A stretch of DNA of 46,257 bases from Chthonomonadaceae bacterium (GCA_035650735.1 DASRGZ010000217.1:1-46257), one strand, 5' to 3'; shown: positions 27,578 to 37,263, counted from the first letter of the stretch. A program made the numbers and translations. The notes: generated by a model not told the origin, from the letters alone.

Positions 27578-29125
27578 ATGGAGGCGATAACGGAGCGTAT
27601 GGCAGCAGAGGCCGCCGATAGGGGCGCGGGCAGATCGCTTGCCCCCTGTGCGTTCGTGCTGTTCGGGGCGACCGGTGACCTGACCCATCGCAAGATTATC
27701 CCGGCTCTATTCAGCCTGGCATCGCAGGGCTTGCTGCCGCAGCCGTTCGTTGTGGTGGCCTTTGCGCGCCGCGATAAGACCGACGCGGGCTATCGAGAAG
27801 AGCTGCGCGCCGCCGTCAAAGAGTTCGCGCCCCGGCTGCCCGCCGACAGCCCCAAATGGGACGAGTTCGCCCGCAACATCTTCTACCTGCGCTCCACGCT
27901 CGACGCCCCCGAAGGCTACCGGCGGCTGTCTGCACGCCTTCATGAGCTCGACGAGGAGCGCGGCCTCCAGGGGAACCGCCTGTTCTATCTGGCGACGCCG
28001 CCCGAAAACTTCAGCCAGGTCATCCACCATCTCGGCGAGGCGGGGCTCAACAGGCCGGGAGCCGAGGGCGGCTGGGTGCGGCTGATCATCGAGAAGCCGT
28101 TCGGCTATGACCTGGCCTCGGCTCGGCAGCTTAACGCGGAACTGAAAGCCGTCTTTGGCGAAGATCAAATTTATCGTATTGATCACTATCTGGGCAAGGA
28201 GACCGTTCAGAACATCCTCGTGTTGCGCTTCGCCAACCAGATCTTCGAGCCGCTGTGGAACCAGAAGTACATTGATAACGTGCAGATTACCGTCGCCGAG
28301 ACGTTAGGGATGGAGGGGCGCGGCGACTACTTCGATGCGACCGGCATCACGCGCGATATGGTACAGAACCATGCCCTGCAGGTGCTGACTCTTATCGCTA
28401 TGGAGCCGCCCGTCTCCCTGGCCGCCGACGACATCCGGGACGAGAAGGTCAAAGTCCTCAAATCCATTCGCCCGTTCACGCCGGAGGAGGTTGCCCTGTG
28501 GACGGTGCGCGGGCAGTACGGCCCCGGCGTCGTGGATAACCAGGCCGTTCCCGGCTACCGCGAGGAGGAAGGGGTGGACCCCCATTCCGTCACGGAGACG
28601 TTTGCCGCGTTTCGCTTCTCGCTGGATACCTGGCGCTGGGCGGGCGTGCCGTTCTATGTGCAGGCAGGCAAGCGTATGCCCACGCGCGTTACCGAGGTGC
28701 AGATCCAGTTTAAAGCGGTGCCCTGCGTGCTGTTTGCCCAACAGAACGGTTTCCAGCTCCAGCCGAACCGCCTGATCCTGCGCATTCAGCCCAACGAAGG
28801 CGCCTCGCTGGAGATCATCAGCAAAGAGCCGGGGCCGGATATGCACGTGCTGCCCGTGCAGATGGATTTCAAGTACGGCGCGGCCTTCGCCTCGCCCATC
28901 CGCGACGCCTACGAGCGGCTGATTCTTGACGCGGTGCGGGGAACGGCCTCGCTCTTTGCCCGCAATGACGAGGTGGAGGCGGCTTGGGCCGTCATCACGC
29001 CGATCCTGGAGGCATGGCGCGATCTCTCCTGCCCGCTCTTCCCCAACTACGCCGCCGGAACCTGGGGGCCGGAAGCGGCCAAGTCCTTGCTGACCACGGG
29101 CCGCACCTGGCACTATCCGCGCTAG
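27578..29125 (+). CDS. zwf: Glucose-6-phosphate 1-dehydrogenase
   Basis: FGATGDL, IIEKPFG, RIDHYLGKE, DMVQNH and RWAGVPFY. Confidence 0.97.
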   Translation: MEAITERMAAEAADRGAGRSLAPCAFVLFGATGDLTHRKIIPALFSLASQGLLPQPFVVVAFARRDKTDAGYREELRAAVKEFAPRLPADSPKWDEFARNIFYLRSTLDAPEGYRRLSARLHELDEERGLQGNRLFYLATPPENFSQVIHHLGEAGLNRPGAEGGWVRLIIEKPFGYDLASARQLNAELKAVFGEDQIYRIDHYLGKETVQNILVLRFANQIFEPLWNQKYIDNVQITVAETLGMEGRGDYFDATGITRDMVQNHALQVLTLIAMEPPVSLAADDIRDEKVKVLKSIRPFTPEEVALWTVRGQYGPGVVDNQAVPGYREEEGVDPHSVTETFAAFRFSLDTWRWAGVPFYVQAGKRMPTRVTEVQIQFKAVPCVLFAQQNGFQLQPNRLILRIQPNEGASLEIISKEPGPDMHVLPVQMDFKYGAAFASPIRDAYERLILDAVRGTASLFARNDEVEAAWAVITPILEAWRDLSCPLFPNYAAGTWGPEAAKSLLTTGRTWHYPR

Positions 29126-29167
29126 CGGCCTGATTTCCCACCCCACAACAAGGAGATTTGAACGTAA

Positions 29168-29878
29168 ATGGCGATCCGCTGGGTCTTTTTTGACATCGGG
29201 GATGTGCTGTTTGATGAGGATGTGCCGCACCTCTACTATTTCCATTCGATGCTGCTGGCGATGCGGCGCAATGGCGTGGACGTGGAGTGGGACGCCTACC
29301 ACGCGCGCATTCAGCAGTACGCGCGGGTCAAGCCGGGGACGGCGGTGCTGGATGCAGCCCGGTACTATGTGCCGGACGACGCTCTCTGGGATAAAATCTA
29401 TCACGAAGGCCGCGCGGAGTACGAGGCGATGCGCAAGCCGCGTCCCTATGGCCTGCTGCTGGATGGCATCACGCCGGTCGTGCGGGCGCTGCACGCGGAT
29501 TTTCGGCTCGGCATCATCGCCAACCAGCATCCTCCCATCCTACAAGCCCTCGATGATTACGGCATCGGGCCGCTCTTTGCGGTCAAGGCCATTGATGAGG
29601 TCGTCGGCCTCTCCAAGCCGGACCCGGCTATGTTTCGGTGGGCGTTAGAGCGGGCCGAGTGCGCCCCGGAAGAGGCGGTTATGGTCGGCGACCGCCCGGA
29701 CAACGACATCGCACCCGCCAAAACGCTGGGCATGGGCACGATCCGGTTTCAGAGGGGTATTCTCTACACCTTCTATGAGCCGCAGCGCCCGGAGGAGCGC
29801 GCGGATATTCTCGTGCGGGACATTATGCGCCTTGCCCCCGCCGTTTATGAACTCGCCAATCGAGGGAGGAATTCGTGA
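29168..29878 (+). CDS. HAD-superfamily hydrolase
   Basis: FFDIGDVL (motif I), SKPDP and MVGDRPDNDI. Confidence 0.88.
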   Translation: MAIRWVFFDIGDVLFDEDVPHLYYFHSMLLAMRRNGVDVEWDAYHARIQQYARVKPGTAVLDAARYYVPDDALWDKIYHEGRAEYEAMRKPRPYGLLLDGITPVVRALHADFRLGIIANQHPPILQALDDYGIGPLFAVKAIDEVVGLSKPDPAMFRWALERAECAPEEAVMVGDRPDNDIAPAKTLGMGTIRFQRGILYTFYEPQRPEERADILVRDIMRLAPAVYELANRGRNS

Positions 29879-30738
29879 TTACCCTGGATATTACCCCAGA
29901 AGAGATACGGAACCGCATAATGACGCCGGAACACCTGCAAGCCGCTGTCGGCGCGCTGCGCAGGGACGGCTTCGTCGTGCTTAATCACATTATTGAGACA
30001 GCCCATCTGGAGAGGCTGCGGGAAAGGATGCTTGCCGACGTGGAGGCGATCCTGGCGCGCGAGGACGCTCCTTTCAATTTCAATACCGGCAATCTTCAGC
30101 AAGACCCGCCGCCCTTTGCGCCCTACCTATTCCACGACGTCCTGCTCAACGATATGGTGTTCGCGGTCACAAAGGCGATCCTGGGGCGCGGCGTGAAGAA
30201 CAGCTACTACAGCGGCAACACAAACCTGCCGGGTTCTTCGGAGCAGCCGGTTCATGTGGATCTGGGCCAGCTCTGGCCGGACCTGGAGGTCGCTCCCCCA
30301 GCCTACGCGCTGGTGGTGAACGTTCCGGTGGTGGATATGGATGCCGAGAACGGCAGCACCGAGCTCTGGCCCGGCACGCACCTGGATACGACGCTTTGCG
30401 TTCAGCAGATGCGGGAGGACAAGGATATCATTGTGCCAGAGGCGCTCCTGGAGCAGCGCCGGAAGATCGCGCCGCCGTTGCAGCCGAGCGTCGGCTGTGG
30501 CGGCGCGTTGATCCGCGACGTGCGGCTATGGCATCGCGGCATGCCCAACCGCACCAGACAGCCCCGCCCGATGATCGCCATGATCCACTACTGCTCCTGG
30601 TGGCATGCCGACCCGATTCCCTTTCCGAAAGGCACGGAGGCGTTTTTCAAGGATAGCGACCTGGCGACAAATGCCGTCTTCGTGGCAGGCCCAATTGATT
30701 ACATCCATCACAACCGGGCCTACGATTTCCAGAGATAA
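29875..30738 (+). CDS. Phytanoyl-CoA dioxygenase (PhyH) family Fe(II)/2OG dioxygenase
   Basis: RDGFVVL, QPVHVD (HxD), ENGSTELWPGTH and RLWHRGMPN..PR. Confidence 0.88.
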   Translation: MITLDITPEEIRNRIMTPEHLQAAVGALRRDGFVVLNHIIETAHLERLRERMLADVEAILAREDAPFNFNTGNLQQDPPPFAPYLFHDVLLNDMVFAVTKAILGRGVKNSYYSGNTNLPGSSEQPVHVDLGQLWPDLEVAPPAYALVVNVPVVDMDAENGSTELWPGTHLDTTLCVQQMREDKDIIVPEALLEQRRKIAPPLQPSVGCGGALIRDVRLWHRGMPNRTRQPRPMIAMIHYCSWWHADPIPFPKGTEAFFKDSDLATNAVFVAGPIDYIHHNRAYDFQR

Positions 30739-30786
30739 CGGCTCAAACAGCGTCCCTCACCTTCTCAGGATGTGTACGCTAACTTC

Positions 30787-30940
30787 TGGCAGCCCACCCG
30801 TTTACGGGTGGGCTGTGGGCGGCAAGCCCCATAAATGGGGCTGCCAGAAGTTGATCCGTCCCCTTCAAGAGTTACAAGAAGGGAGAGTAGCCCCCTTCAG
30901 GGGGCTTGCCGCCCACAGCCCGGTCCTTTAGGGCCGGGCG
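30787..30940. repeat. REP-like palindromic cluster
   Basis: cagcccacccg-ttta-cgggtgggctg and agcccc-ataaat-ggggct; gggctgtgggcggcaagcccc recurs inverted as ggggcttgccgcccacagccc at about 30901. Confidence 0.7.
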
Positions 30941-31028
30941 CAGCCGGGGTTCCGTAGATACTGACAAGCGGAAACACTCCCCGGCAATTGTATTCCCGGC
31001 CGGGCGCAGCTGGGGTTCCGTAGATACT
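30932..31028. repeat. Two 31-nt direct repeats separated by 35 nt
   Basis: ggccgggcgcagc(c/t)ggggttccgtagatact at 30932-30962 and 30998-31028, one mismatch. Confidence 0.8.
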
Positions 31029-31150
31029 CTTAGGGTGAGGGACGCGAAATTCGGCATCTGGCTATACGAACTAACTTTTCTCCGTATTGGATTGTATAAT
31101 AAAGGGTAAGGAATGCGAACGCTATAGTTGCAGGATAGGTCAGAACGGCG

Positions 31151-32179
31151 ATGCGATTTGTAGTAATCACGGGCGTCTCGGGCGCGGGCAAAACACTGGC
31201 GCTCAACAGCTTTGACGATGCAGGCTACTATGCGGTGGATAATCTGCCGCCGCGCCTGCTGCCCGCGCTGGCGGATTTCTGCCAGCGCGAAGGGCGCGAC
31301 CGGGCGGCGGTCGTCGTGGATACCCGCTGCGGCCCGGCCTTTGGCGAGTTGCCCATCGTGCTTCAGGAGTTAGAGAAATCCGGCCTGCATGTCGAAGTTC
31401 TCTTCCTCGACGCCAGCGACGAGGCGTTGGTGCACCGCTATAAGGAGACGCGCCGGCCCCATCCGCTGCGAACCGAGCCCAACGATGGCATCGTGGAAGG
31501 CGGTATTGTCGAGGCCATCCACGCCGAGCGCGCCCTGCTCAACACGGTGCGTGCCCTCGCCGACAAGATCCTGGACACGTCGGCGCTGACCATTATGCAG
31601 CTACGCGAGGCCATCTACGCCGCCTTTGCCGGCGCGTCGCGCCCCGGCCTGCTGGTGACCATCACCTCGTTCGGCTTCAAGTACGGCCTGCCGATTGATG
31701 CCGACCTGGTCTTCGACGTTCGGTTTCTCGCCAATCCGCACTACGTTCCCGCACTCAAGATGCTGGATGGGCGCGACATTCGCGTTGCCAATTACGTCAA
31801 GCAAGACCCGCTGACGCCCGCCTTCCAGGAGAAGATGCGCGACCTGGTGGCCTTCGCGCTGCCCCAGTATCAGCGTGAGGGCAAGGCGTACCTCAACATC
31901 GCCATCGGCTGCACCGGCGGCAAGCACCGCTCCGTTACTCTGGCCGAGGAACTGGCGGCGCAACTGCGTCAGGAGGGCTATCGCGTCGTCGTGCGCCACC
32001 GCGATCTGGCCCGCAACCTGCCGGTGGAGATGCCCGAGAGCCCGCAGGCCGTTCTGTACTTTCCAGTGGAAAGCAATCCCCCGCACGCAGCCAACGACGG
32101 CCCGGCAGAACCGCCTGATACGGACGGCGATCTCGCCAACCCGCGGCCTATGCTTCTAGATTCCGAGGTCGCTCCATGA
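31151..32179 (+). CDS. rapZ: RNase adapter / P-loop NTPase RapZ (YvcJ)
   Basis: ITGVSGAGKT, VDNLP, RYKETRRPHP, SFGFKYG, DVRFLANP and IGCTGGKHRS; TATAAT at 31095-31100 upstream. Confidence 0.95.
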   Translation: MRFVVITGVSGAGKTLALNSFDDAGYYAVDNLPPRLLPALADFCQREGRDRAAVVVDTRCGPAFGELPIVLQELEKSGLHVEVLFLDASDEALVHRYKETRRPHPLRTEPNDGIVEGGIVEAIHAERALLNTVRALADKILDTSALTIMQLREAIYAAFAGASRPGLLVTITSFGFKYGLPIDADLVFDVRFLANPHYVPALKMLDGRDIRVANYVKQDPLTPAFQEKMRDLVAFALPQYQREGKAYLNIAIGCTGGKHRSVTLAEELAAQLRQEGYRVVVRHRDLARNLPVEMPESPQAVLYFPVESNPPHAANDGPAEPPDTDGDLANPRPMLLDSEVAP

Positions 32180-33603
32180 GCAGACTGCGCACTTCGCTGA
32201 AATGGCTGTACCCCGGCATGCACGTCAAGCGCTGGGTCGCGCTGGCGTTCTGCGGGTTGCTGATCTTTCTGGTGGGCATCGGCATCATCACCCAGGCGCA
32301 CGCTCCCTCCAGTAAGCCGCTGGCGGTGCGCGTTGCCGATTGGGTTGTCCACAATACCCATGTGGGACTGCGCCCCGGCACGCTCGGCGTCATTCTGGCA
32401 GGGACGGGCGCACTGCTCTGCCTGATCGCGCTGGGTAAACTCATCTCTTCGCTGACAATTGTGCTCGACCCGGAAATGGCGCATGGCGGCCTGGTAGACG
32501 TGGTCTATCAGCGGCGCAAGCTATCGCAGGGACGGCGTATCGTGGTCATCGGAGGCGGCACGGGCCTTTCGACGATGCTGCGCGGCTTGAAGCAGTATAC
32601 AGGCAACATCACCGCCATCGTCACCGTGGCCGATGACGGCGGCTCCTCCGGTAAAATTCAGAAGCAGCTCAATATCCTGCCGCCCGGCGATATTCGCAAC
32701 TGCCTGGTGGCGCTGGCCGATGCCGAGCCGCAGATGACCGAGCTGTTCCAGTATCGGTTTCGCAACAGCGTCATGCCTCCGGATGCGGCCAACGGCGTCA
32801 GCGGATCGGCAGCGGCCCCGGTTGCGGCGGCAGTGACGGCCAGGGCGGCGGAGGGAAACGACGGCGCGCACGTCCCTGCAAACATTGGGAGCAACTACGG
32901 GGAGGGACTGCGCGATCACGCTTTTGGCAACCTGCTGATCGCCGCCATGACCGCCATCAACGGCGGCGACTTCGAGCGGGCCATCCAGGAGACCAGCCGC
33001 GTCCTCAACATTCGGGGGCGCGTCCTGCCCGCTACGGTGACGCACGTGCGCCTGCGCGGCGAGATGGAGGACGGGTCCATCCTGGACGGCGAGACGGCCA
33101 TCGCCACTTCCCCGCTCAAGATCAAGCGTATCTCGCTGGTTCCTGCCAACGCCTGCCCGGTAGACGACGTGTTGGAGGCGATAGCGCAGGCCGATGTGAT
33201 CGTGCTGGGGCCCGGCAGCGTCTTCACCAGCATCATCCCGAACCTGCTGGTGCGCGGCATCCCGGAGGCGATCCGCCGCTCGAAAGCCAGGAAGGTCTAC
33301 GTCTGCAACGTAATGACCCAGCCCGGCGAAACAGACGGTTTCTCCGCCTACGACCATATCCAGGCCATCGAGCGGCACGCCCAGCAGCGCATCTTCGATT
33401 ACGTCCTGGTCAATACAGGCCGGCCCAGCCAGGAATTGCTGGAGAAATACCGCAAGACGCATTCCGTGCTGGTCGAGCCCGATATAGATCGCATCAAGCG
33501 GGCCAACTATCGCCCGATTGCCGGCAACTTCATCAGCCAGACCGACGTGGTGCGCCACGATGCGGGTCTGCTCGCCGCCGCCATCATGCGCCTGCTCCAC
33601 TAA
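32176..33603 (+). CDS. yvcK: Gluconeogenesis/cell-shape factor YvcK (CofD-like, UPF0052) with N-terminal TM segments
   Basis: VIGGGTGLS, VADDGGSSG, PPGDIRNCL, HAFGNL, LGPGSVFTSIIPNLL and NVMTQPGET; ATGA overlap with rapZ. Confidence 0.93.
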   Translation: MSRLRTSLKWLYPGMHVKRWVALAFCGLLIFLVGIGIITQAHAPSSKPLAVRVADWVVHNTHVGLRPGTLGVILAGTGALLCLIALGKLISSLTIVLDPEMAHGGLVDVVYQRRKLSQGRRIVVIGGGTGLSTMLRGLKQYTGNITAIVTVADDGGSSGKIQKQLNILPPGDIRNCLVALADAEPQMTELFQYRFRNSVMPPDAANGVSGSAAAPVAAAVTARAAEGNDGAHVPANIGSNYGEGLRDHAFGNLLIAAMTAINGGDFERAIQETSRVLNIRGRVLPATVTHVRLRGEMEDGSILDGETAIATSPLKIKRISLVPANACPVDDVLEAIAQADVIVLGPGSVFTSIIPNLLVRGIPEAIRRSKARKVYVCNVMTQPGETDGFSAYDHIQAIERHAQQRIFDYVLVNTGRPSQELLEKYRKTHSVLVEPDIDRIKRANYRPIAGNFISQTDVVRHDAGLLAAAIMRLLH

Positions 33604-33623
33604 GGAACGATACGAACCTCTCT

Positions 33624-33731
33624 GCGGGCGGTTGAAACCGCAGCAACAAAAGCACGAAGTGTCCCTGCGGACACTCCTTAAAGTCCCCGTAGGGGACTTT
33701 GTGCCCCGGTTGCCGCGAATTCATTCGCCCG
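33624..33731. repeat. REP-like family 2 element between convergent genes (empty)
   Basis: Four hairpins: gcggttgaaaccgc, agtgtcc-ctgc-ggacact, aaagtcccc-gta-ggggacttt and gcgaattcattcgc. Confidence 0.8.
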
Positions 33732-33741
33732 AACGGCGCTA

Positions 33742-34659
33742 TCAATCGGTGTTTTTGTTCTGGAGCCAGGTCTCCAGGATTTGATGCGGATTGTAGGCGT
33801 GCCAGCGGATAGCCTCCGGGGGCTGCCCGCCAAGCGCAGCCTGCGGGATGGCCCCGATGATCTCGCTTTCGACGGCGGACGCGCCCAGGCGCGCGGCTTC
33901 CTGCTCCACGAAGGCAAATACGGCGGGCAGTGGCGTGCGGTCGGGACGTGTCAGGTTCAGGGAGACCTGGGCGCGGTGCTGTGAAGGCAGGTAGAGGCCG
34001 AGGGCGCGCACGCCCTCAAGCTCGGGGCGATGGTGGCGCTCCTGCCGGATGCGGCGGGCGATGGCAGAGGCGATCTCGACGTCGGGGGTGCTTAGGAGGA
34101 TGTTGTAGGCGATGAGCGGGCCGCGCGCGCCGACAATGGCAACCCCGGCGGTAGGATGGGCTATGGGCGGGCCGAGGTCGGGGGCGCGCTCGTCGCTCAG
34201 GAGCGCGCTGACAAACGCCTCGAAGCCGCCGCGCCGGACATCGGGCAGGGAATGGGGACGGCCAGGCCGGGCGGCCCACTCATAGAAATAGATCGGCAGG
34301 GCGAGCTCTCTGGCCAGGTCGGCGCCGACGTCATGGGCTAGCGCGATGGCGTCCTCCCGACTGGCGTTGCGCAGCGGAATGACGGGCACGACATCTATCG
34401 CGCCGGTGCGCGGATGAGCACCGGAATGCGTGCGCAGGTCTATGCACGCCACGGCCACGCGGGCGGCGGCAAGCACGGCAGCGCGAATGCCCTCCGCCGA
34501 ACCAAGAAACGTCATCACGCTGCGGTTGTGATCGGCGTCCGCCGAGTAGTCAATAAGCTGCACGCCCGGCGCAGATGCGATGGCTTCGGCAATGGCGGCG
34601 ATAACTTCGGGTCGCCGTCCCTCACTGAAATTGGGCACGCATTGAAAGAGGGCTGTCAT
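33742..34659 (-). CDS. ftcd: Glutamate formimidoyltransferase
   Basis: CVPNFSEGRR, DADHNRSV, HSGAHPRTGAIDVVP, GARGPLIAYN and AQVSLNL. Confidence 0.92.
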   Translation of the reverse strand: MTALFQCVPNFSEGRRPEVIAAIAEAIASAPGVQLIDYSADADHNRSVMTFLGSAEGIRAAVLAAARVAVACIDLRTHSGAHPRTGAIDVVPVIPLRNASREDAIALAHDVGADLARELALPIYFYEWAARPGRPHSLPDVRRGGFEAFVSALLSDERAPDLGPPIAHPTAGVAIVGARGPLIAYNILLSTPDVEIASAIARRIRQERHHRPELEGVRALGLYLPSQHRAQVSLNLTRPDRTPLPAVFAFVEQEAARLGASAVESEIIGAIPQAALGGQPPEAIRWHAYNPHQILETWLQNKNTD

Positions 34660-34755
34660 CGTTTCACCGCTCAGCAAGCGGAAATCTCACCCTCTTTAGA
34701 TGCACACATTAAAAGAGGGCTGCCATCTTTTCTGTTAGTGCCGGAAGAAGCGGCT

Positions 34756-35904
34756 TCAAGCAAGGGCCTGATCGAGATCGGCGATCAGGTCCTTTGCGTC
34801 TTCCAGGCCCACGGAGAGGCGGATCAGGCCGTCCTGAATGCCGCGGCGGTGGCGCTCCTCGCGCGTGAGGGCCGCATGGGACATCAGGGGCGGGTAGCTG
34901 ATGATGCTCTCCACGCCGCCCAGGCTCGCCGCCAGTGTGAACAGCTTGGTGCGCTGCAAGACGGCTCTGGCTGCTTCCTCGCCGCCTTCGATCTCAAACG
35001 GCACCATGCCGCCGAAGCCGCGCATCTGCCGCTTGGCCAGGGCGTGCTGAGGATGATCCTCCAGGCCGGGGTAGTGGAGGGCAATCACGCGCGGGTGCGC
35101 TTGCAGGAAGCGGGCGATGGCGAGGGCGTTGCTTTCATGGACGCGCATACGCGCCGCCAGCGTGCGCACTCCCCGCAGCGTCAGCCAGCAATCAAAGGGT
35201 GAGGCAACGGCCCCCGTCGTCTTCTGCAAGTCGTAGAGCTGCCGGCGCAGGCCGGCATCCCGCACGATGAGGGCGCCGCCGAGCAGGTCGCTGTGCCCGC
35301 CCAGGTATTTGGTTGTGGAGTGCATCACGAGATCGGCACCCAGGTCCAGCGGGTTTTGAAAACAGGGCGTCCCGAACGTGCTGTCCACGGCCAGCAGCGC
35401 GCCGGCCCGATGCGCAGCCTCCGCGACGGCGGCGATGTCGGTGAGGCGCAGCAGGGGGTTGGAGGGCGTTTCGATCCAGACCAGGCGCGTCCCCGGTGCC
35501 CGCGCCGCCACGAACGCCTCTGTGTCGGCGGCATCGGCGTAGGCGACCTCGATCCCTGCCGGGCGCACGACCTGCTCCACCAGCCTGGTAGTACCGCCGT
35601 AGATGCCCTCGGCCATGAGCAGGCGGTCTCCGGGGCGCAAGAGGCGCAGGGCGCAATCGGTGGCGGCCATTCCGGAGCTAAAGCAGAGCGCGGGGCAGTC
35701 GGCGGGCGCGTTCTCCAAAGCGGCCAGGCAGGCTTCCAGCGCGGCGCGCGTGGGATTGCCGTAGCGACTATACTCGTAGCCAGCGCGCATCACGCCGGGC
35801 GCGTCATAGGCGTAAATGGTGCTCAGGTGCAGCGGCGGCACGACATCGCCCGCAGCGGCGTCGGCCTCCTGTCCGGCGTGGATGGCTCTGGTGGCAAACT
35901 CCAT
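34756..35904 (-). CDS. PLP-dependent cystathionine gamma-synthase/gamma-lyase (Cys/Met metabolism family)
   Basis: YSRYGNPTR, FSSGMAA, WIETPSNP, HSTTKYLGGHSD, SLGGVESI and IRLSVGLE. Confidence 0.92.
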   Translation of the reverse strand: MEFATRAIHAGQEADAAAGDVVPPLHLSTIYAYDAPGVMRAGYEYSRYGNPTRAALEACLAALENAPADCPALCFSSGMAATDCALRLLRPGDRLLMAEGIYGGTTRLVEQVVRPAGIEVAYADAADTEAFVAARAPGTRLVWIETPSNPLLRLTDIAAVAEAAHRAGALLAVDSTFGTPCFQNPLDLGADLVMHSTTKYLGGHSDLLGGALIVRDAGLRRQLYDLQKTTGAVASPFDCWLTLRGVRTLAARMRVHESNALAIARFLQAHPRVIALHYPGLEDHPQHALAKRQMRGFGGMVPFEIEGGEEAARAVLQRTKLFTLAASLGGVESIISYPPLMSHAALTREERHRRGIQDGLIRLSVGLEDAKDLIADLDQALA

Positions 35905-36146
35905 AGCGGCTCCTTTCCCAAAGCGGCGCGGCCTGCGCCGTATAAAAGCTGTCTATACTATACCCAACGGCGTGCCGTGCAGCGCCATCGGCTCTGAAGG
36001 CCGACGAAAGCAGCAGGCTTTTTTCGCAAGCCTTTCCGCTCTGGAAGCCGGGATCGGAGTAAAGCAAGAGAGCGGATGCGGGGGAACTAGGGGCAGCTTT
36101 GAATCGTCAGGCTACATAAGCAGGATCAAAAAACAACAAAAATAGG

Positions 36147-36176
36147 TTGACAAGTATACGCGCGATTTGCTATACT
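36147..36176 (+). promoter_or_regulatory. Sigma70-type promoter
   Basis: TTGACA (36147-52), 18 nt, then TATACT (36171-76) with an extended -10 TG; A-rich UP-like tract upstream. Confidence 0.7.
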
Positions 36177-36244
36177 TCTCCTAGAGTTAGCGACCAATTA
36201 CGCCGGGACTGGGCCGGCCTGCGCATGCTGTGGAGGTAGTCCGA

Positions 36245-36754
36245 ATGAGCGTTCCAATGCGTTGGGAAGTCAACGTGGCGCCGGAGATGCCGGCAGTGTC
36301 TCCGGCGCGGCGCCGTCGCCGGGCGCGGCGGGTTCGGCCCCTGCGCGTCGCGTTCGTGCTGTGCCTGGGCGCGGTCCTGTGCGGGATGGTCGCTGCCGGC
36401 GTGCGCAACGTGGCGCTGGGCGTGGCAGCGACGCCTGCCCTGCGGCTGATTTCCGGCGCTCCCGCGGCCGGGCAGGTCGCGCTGACGGGGGCCACGGCAG
36501 AGCGCAAGCTGGGGTTTGTGACCGTTACCGGCAATGTGACCAATCGCAGCCCGCGCGCGCTCAATCGGGTGGAGGCAGTCGTCGAGCTGTTGAACGCGCG
36601 TAACCAGACTGTGCGGGTTGAGAGCGGCCTGGTGGCCTTTGATCCCCTGGAGAAGGGAGAGACGGCGCCCTTCCGGGTCGATCTGATGGATACAGCGGGC
36701 GCGGCGGCCTATCGCGTGCGGTTCCGGCAACTATTGGGGCCGCGCCTGGATTAA
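36245..36754 (+). CDS. Membrane-anchored FxLYD-like Ig-fold domain protein
   Basis: Basic N-terminus and TM helix, then VTVTGNVTNRS…VEAVVELLNARNQTV…LEKGETAPFRV; GGAGG RBS before ATG 36245. Confidence 0.7.
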   Translation: MSVPMRWEVNVAPEMPAVSPARRRRRARRVRPLRVAFVLCLGAVLCGMVAAGVRNVALGVAATPALRLISGAPAAGQVALTGATAERKLGFVTVTGNVTNRSPRALNRVEAVVELLNARNQTVRVESGLVAFDPLEKGETAPFRVDLMDTAGAAAYRVRFRQLLGPRLD

Positions 36755-36913
36755 TTTTAATCGAAATAGGGTGCTGATAGAGGGAGCGCCCTGAGCGGGC
36801 CAGCGATATGACGGGCAGGAAAGGAGCAGAAACCTTTCCTGCCCGTTTGGCTTTTATCCCCTCTCGCCTTCTCATCCCCAGGGTACTTCCGTTCTCTGTG
36901 TTGCAGCGTTTTA

Positions 36914-37156
36914 GGCGTCCGCCAGGACACTTGGCCGCAGGCCCTGGAGCCGGGGGTTTTCAACCCCCGATCCGTGCCGGGCATGGAAAATACCCGGCTA
37001 GAGGGCGGCTGCGCCGCCAACCGTCCTTCGGACGGAAACTCCTGCGGGACAGGAGCGTCCGCCAGTCGCAAGGCAAAGGCGCGAGCAAGCGTAGCGCCGT
37101 CCCTTGCAGTCGCTTGGCCGTAGGCCCTAGAACCGGGTATTTTCAATGCCCGGCGG
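36914..37156. repeat. Two REP-like family 2 units: empty (36914-36969) and filled (37054-37156)
   Basis: gcgtccgccag-ga-cacttggccgcaggccctggagccggg vs gcgtccgccag-[45 nt]-cgcttggccgtaggccctagaaccggg. Confidence 0.78.
37066..37110 (+). mobile_element. Single 45-nt mini-element
   Basis: tcgcaaggcaaaggcgcgagcaagcgtagcgccgtcccttgcagt, exactly 45 nt, in place of 'ga' of the host hairpin. Confidence 0.75.
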
Positions 37157-37263
37157 TAAGCGCAGGAAAACGGAAGGACCCAGACTCGTCCCTATACAGG
37201 AATGGCATAGGAGCAGGGCGAAGCAAAAACTGCGTGGTTTCAATAGACAGGAGAGAGCCTGCC

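Noticed and set aside
35905..36140. SAM riboswitch or T-box upstream of the Cys/Met enzyme (and an attenuator upstream of leuB)
   Set aside because: No recognisable conserved motifs or leader peptide seen by eye; an Rfam scan would be needed to exclude them fully.
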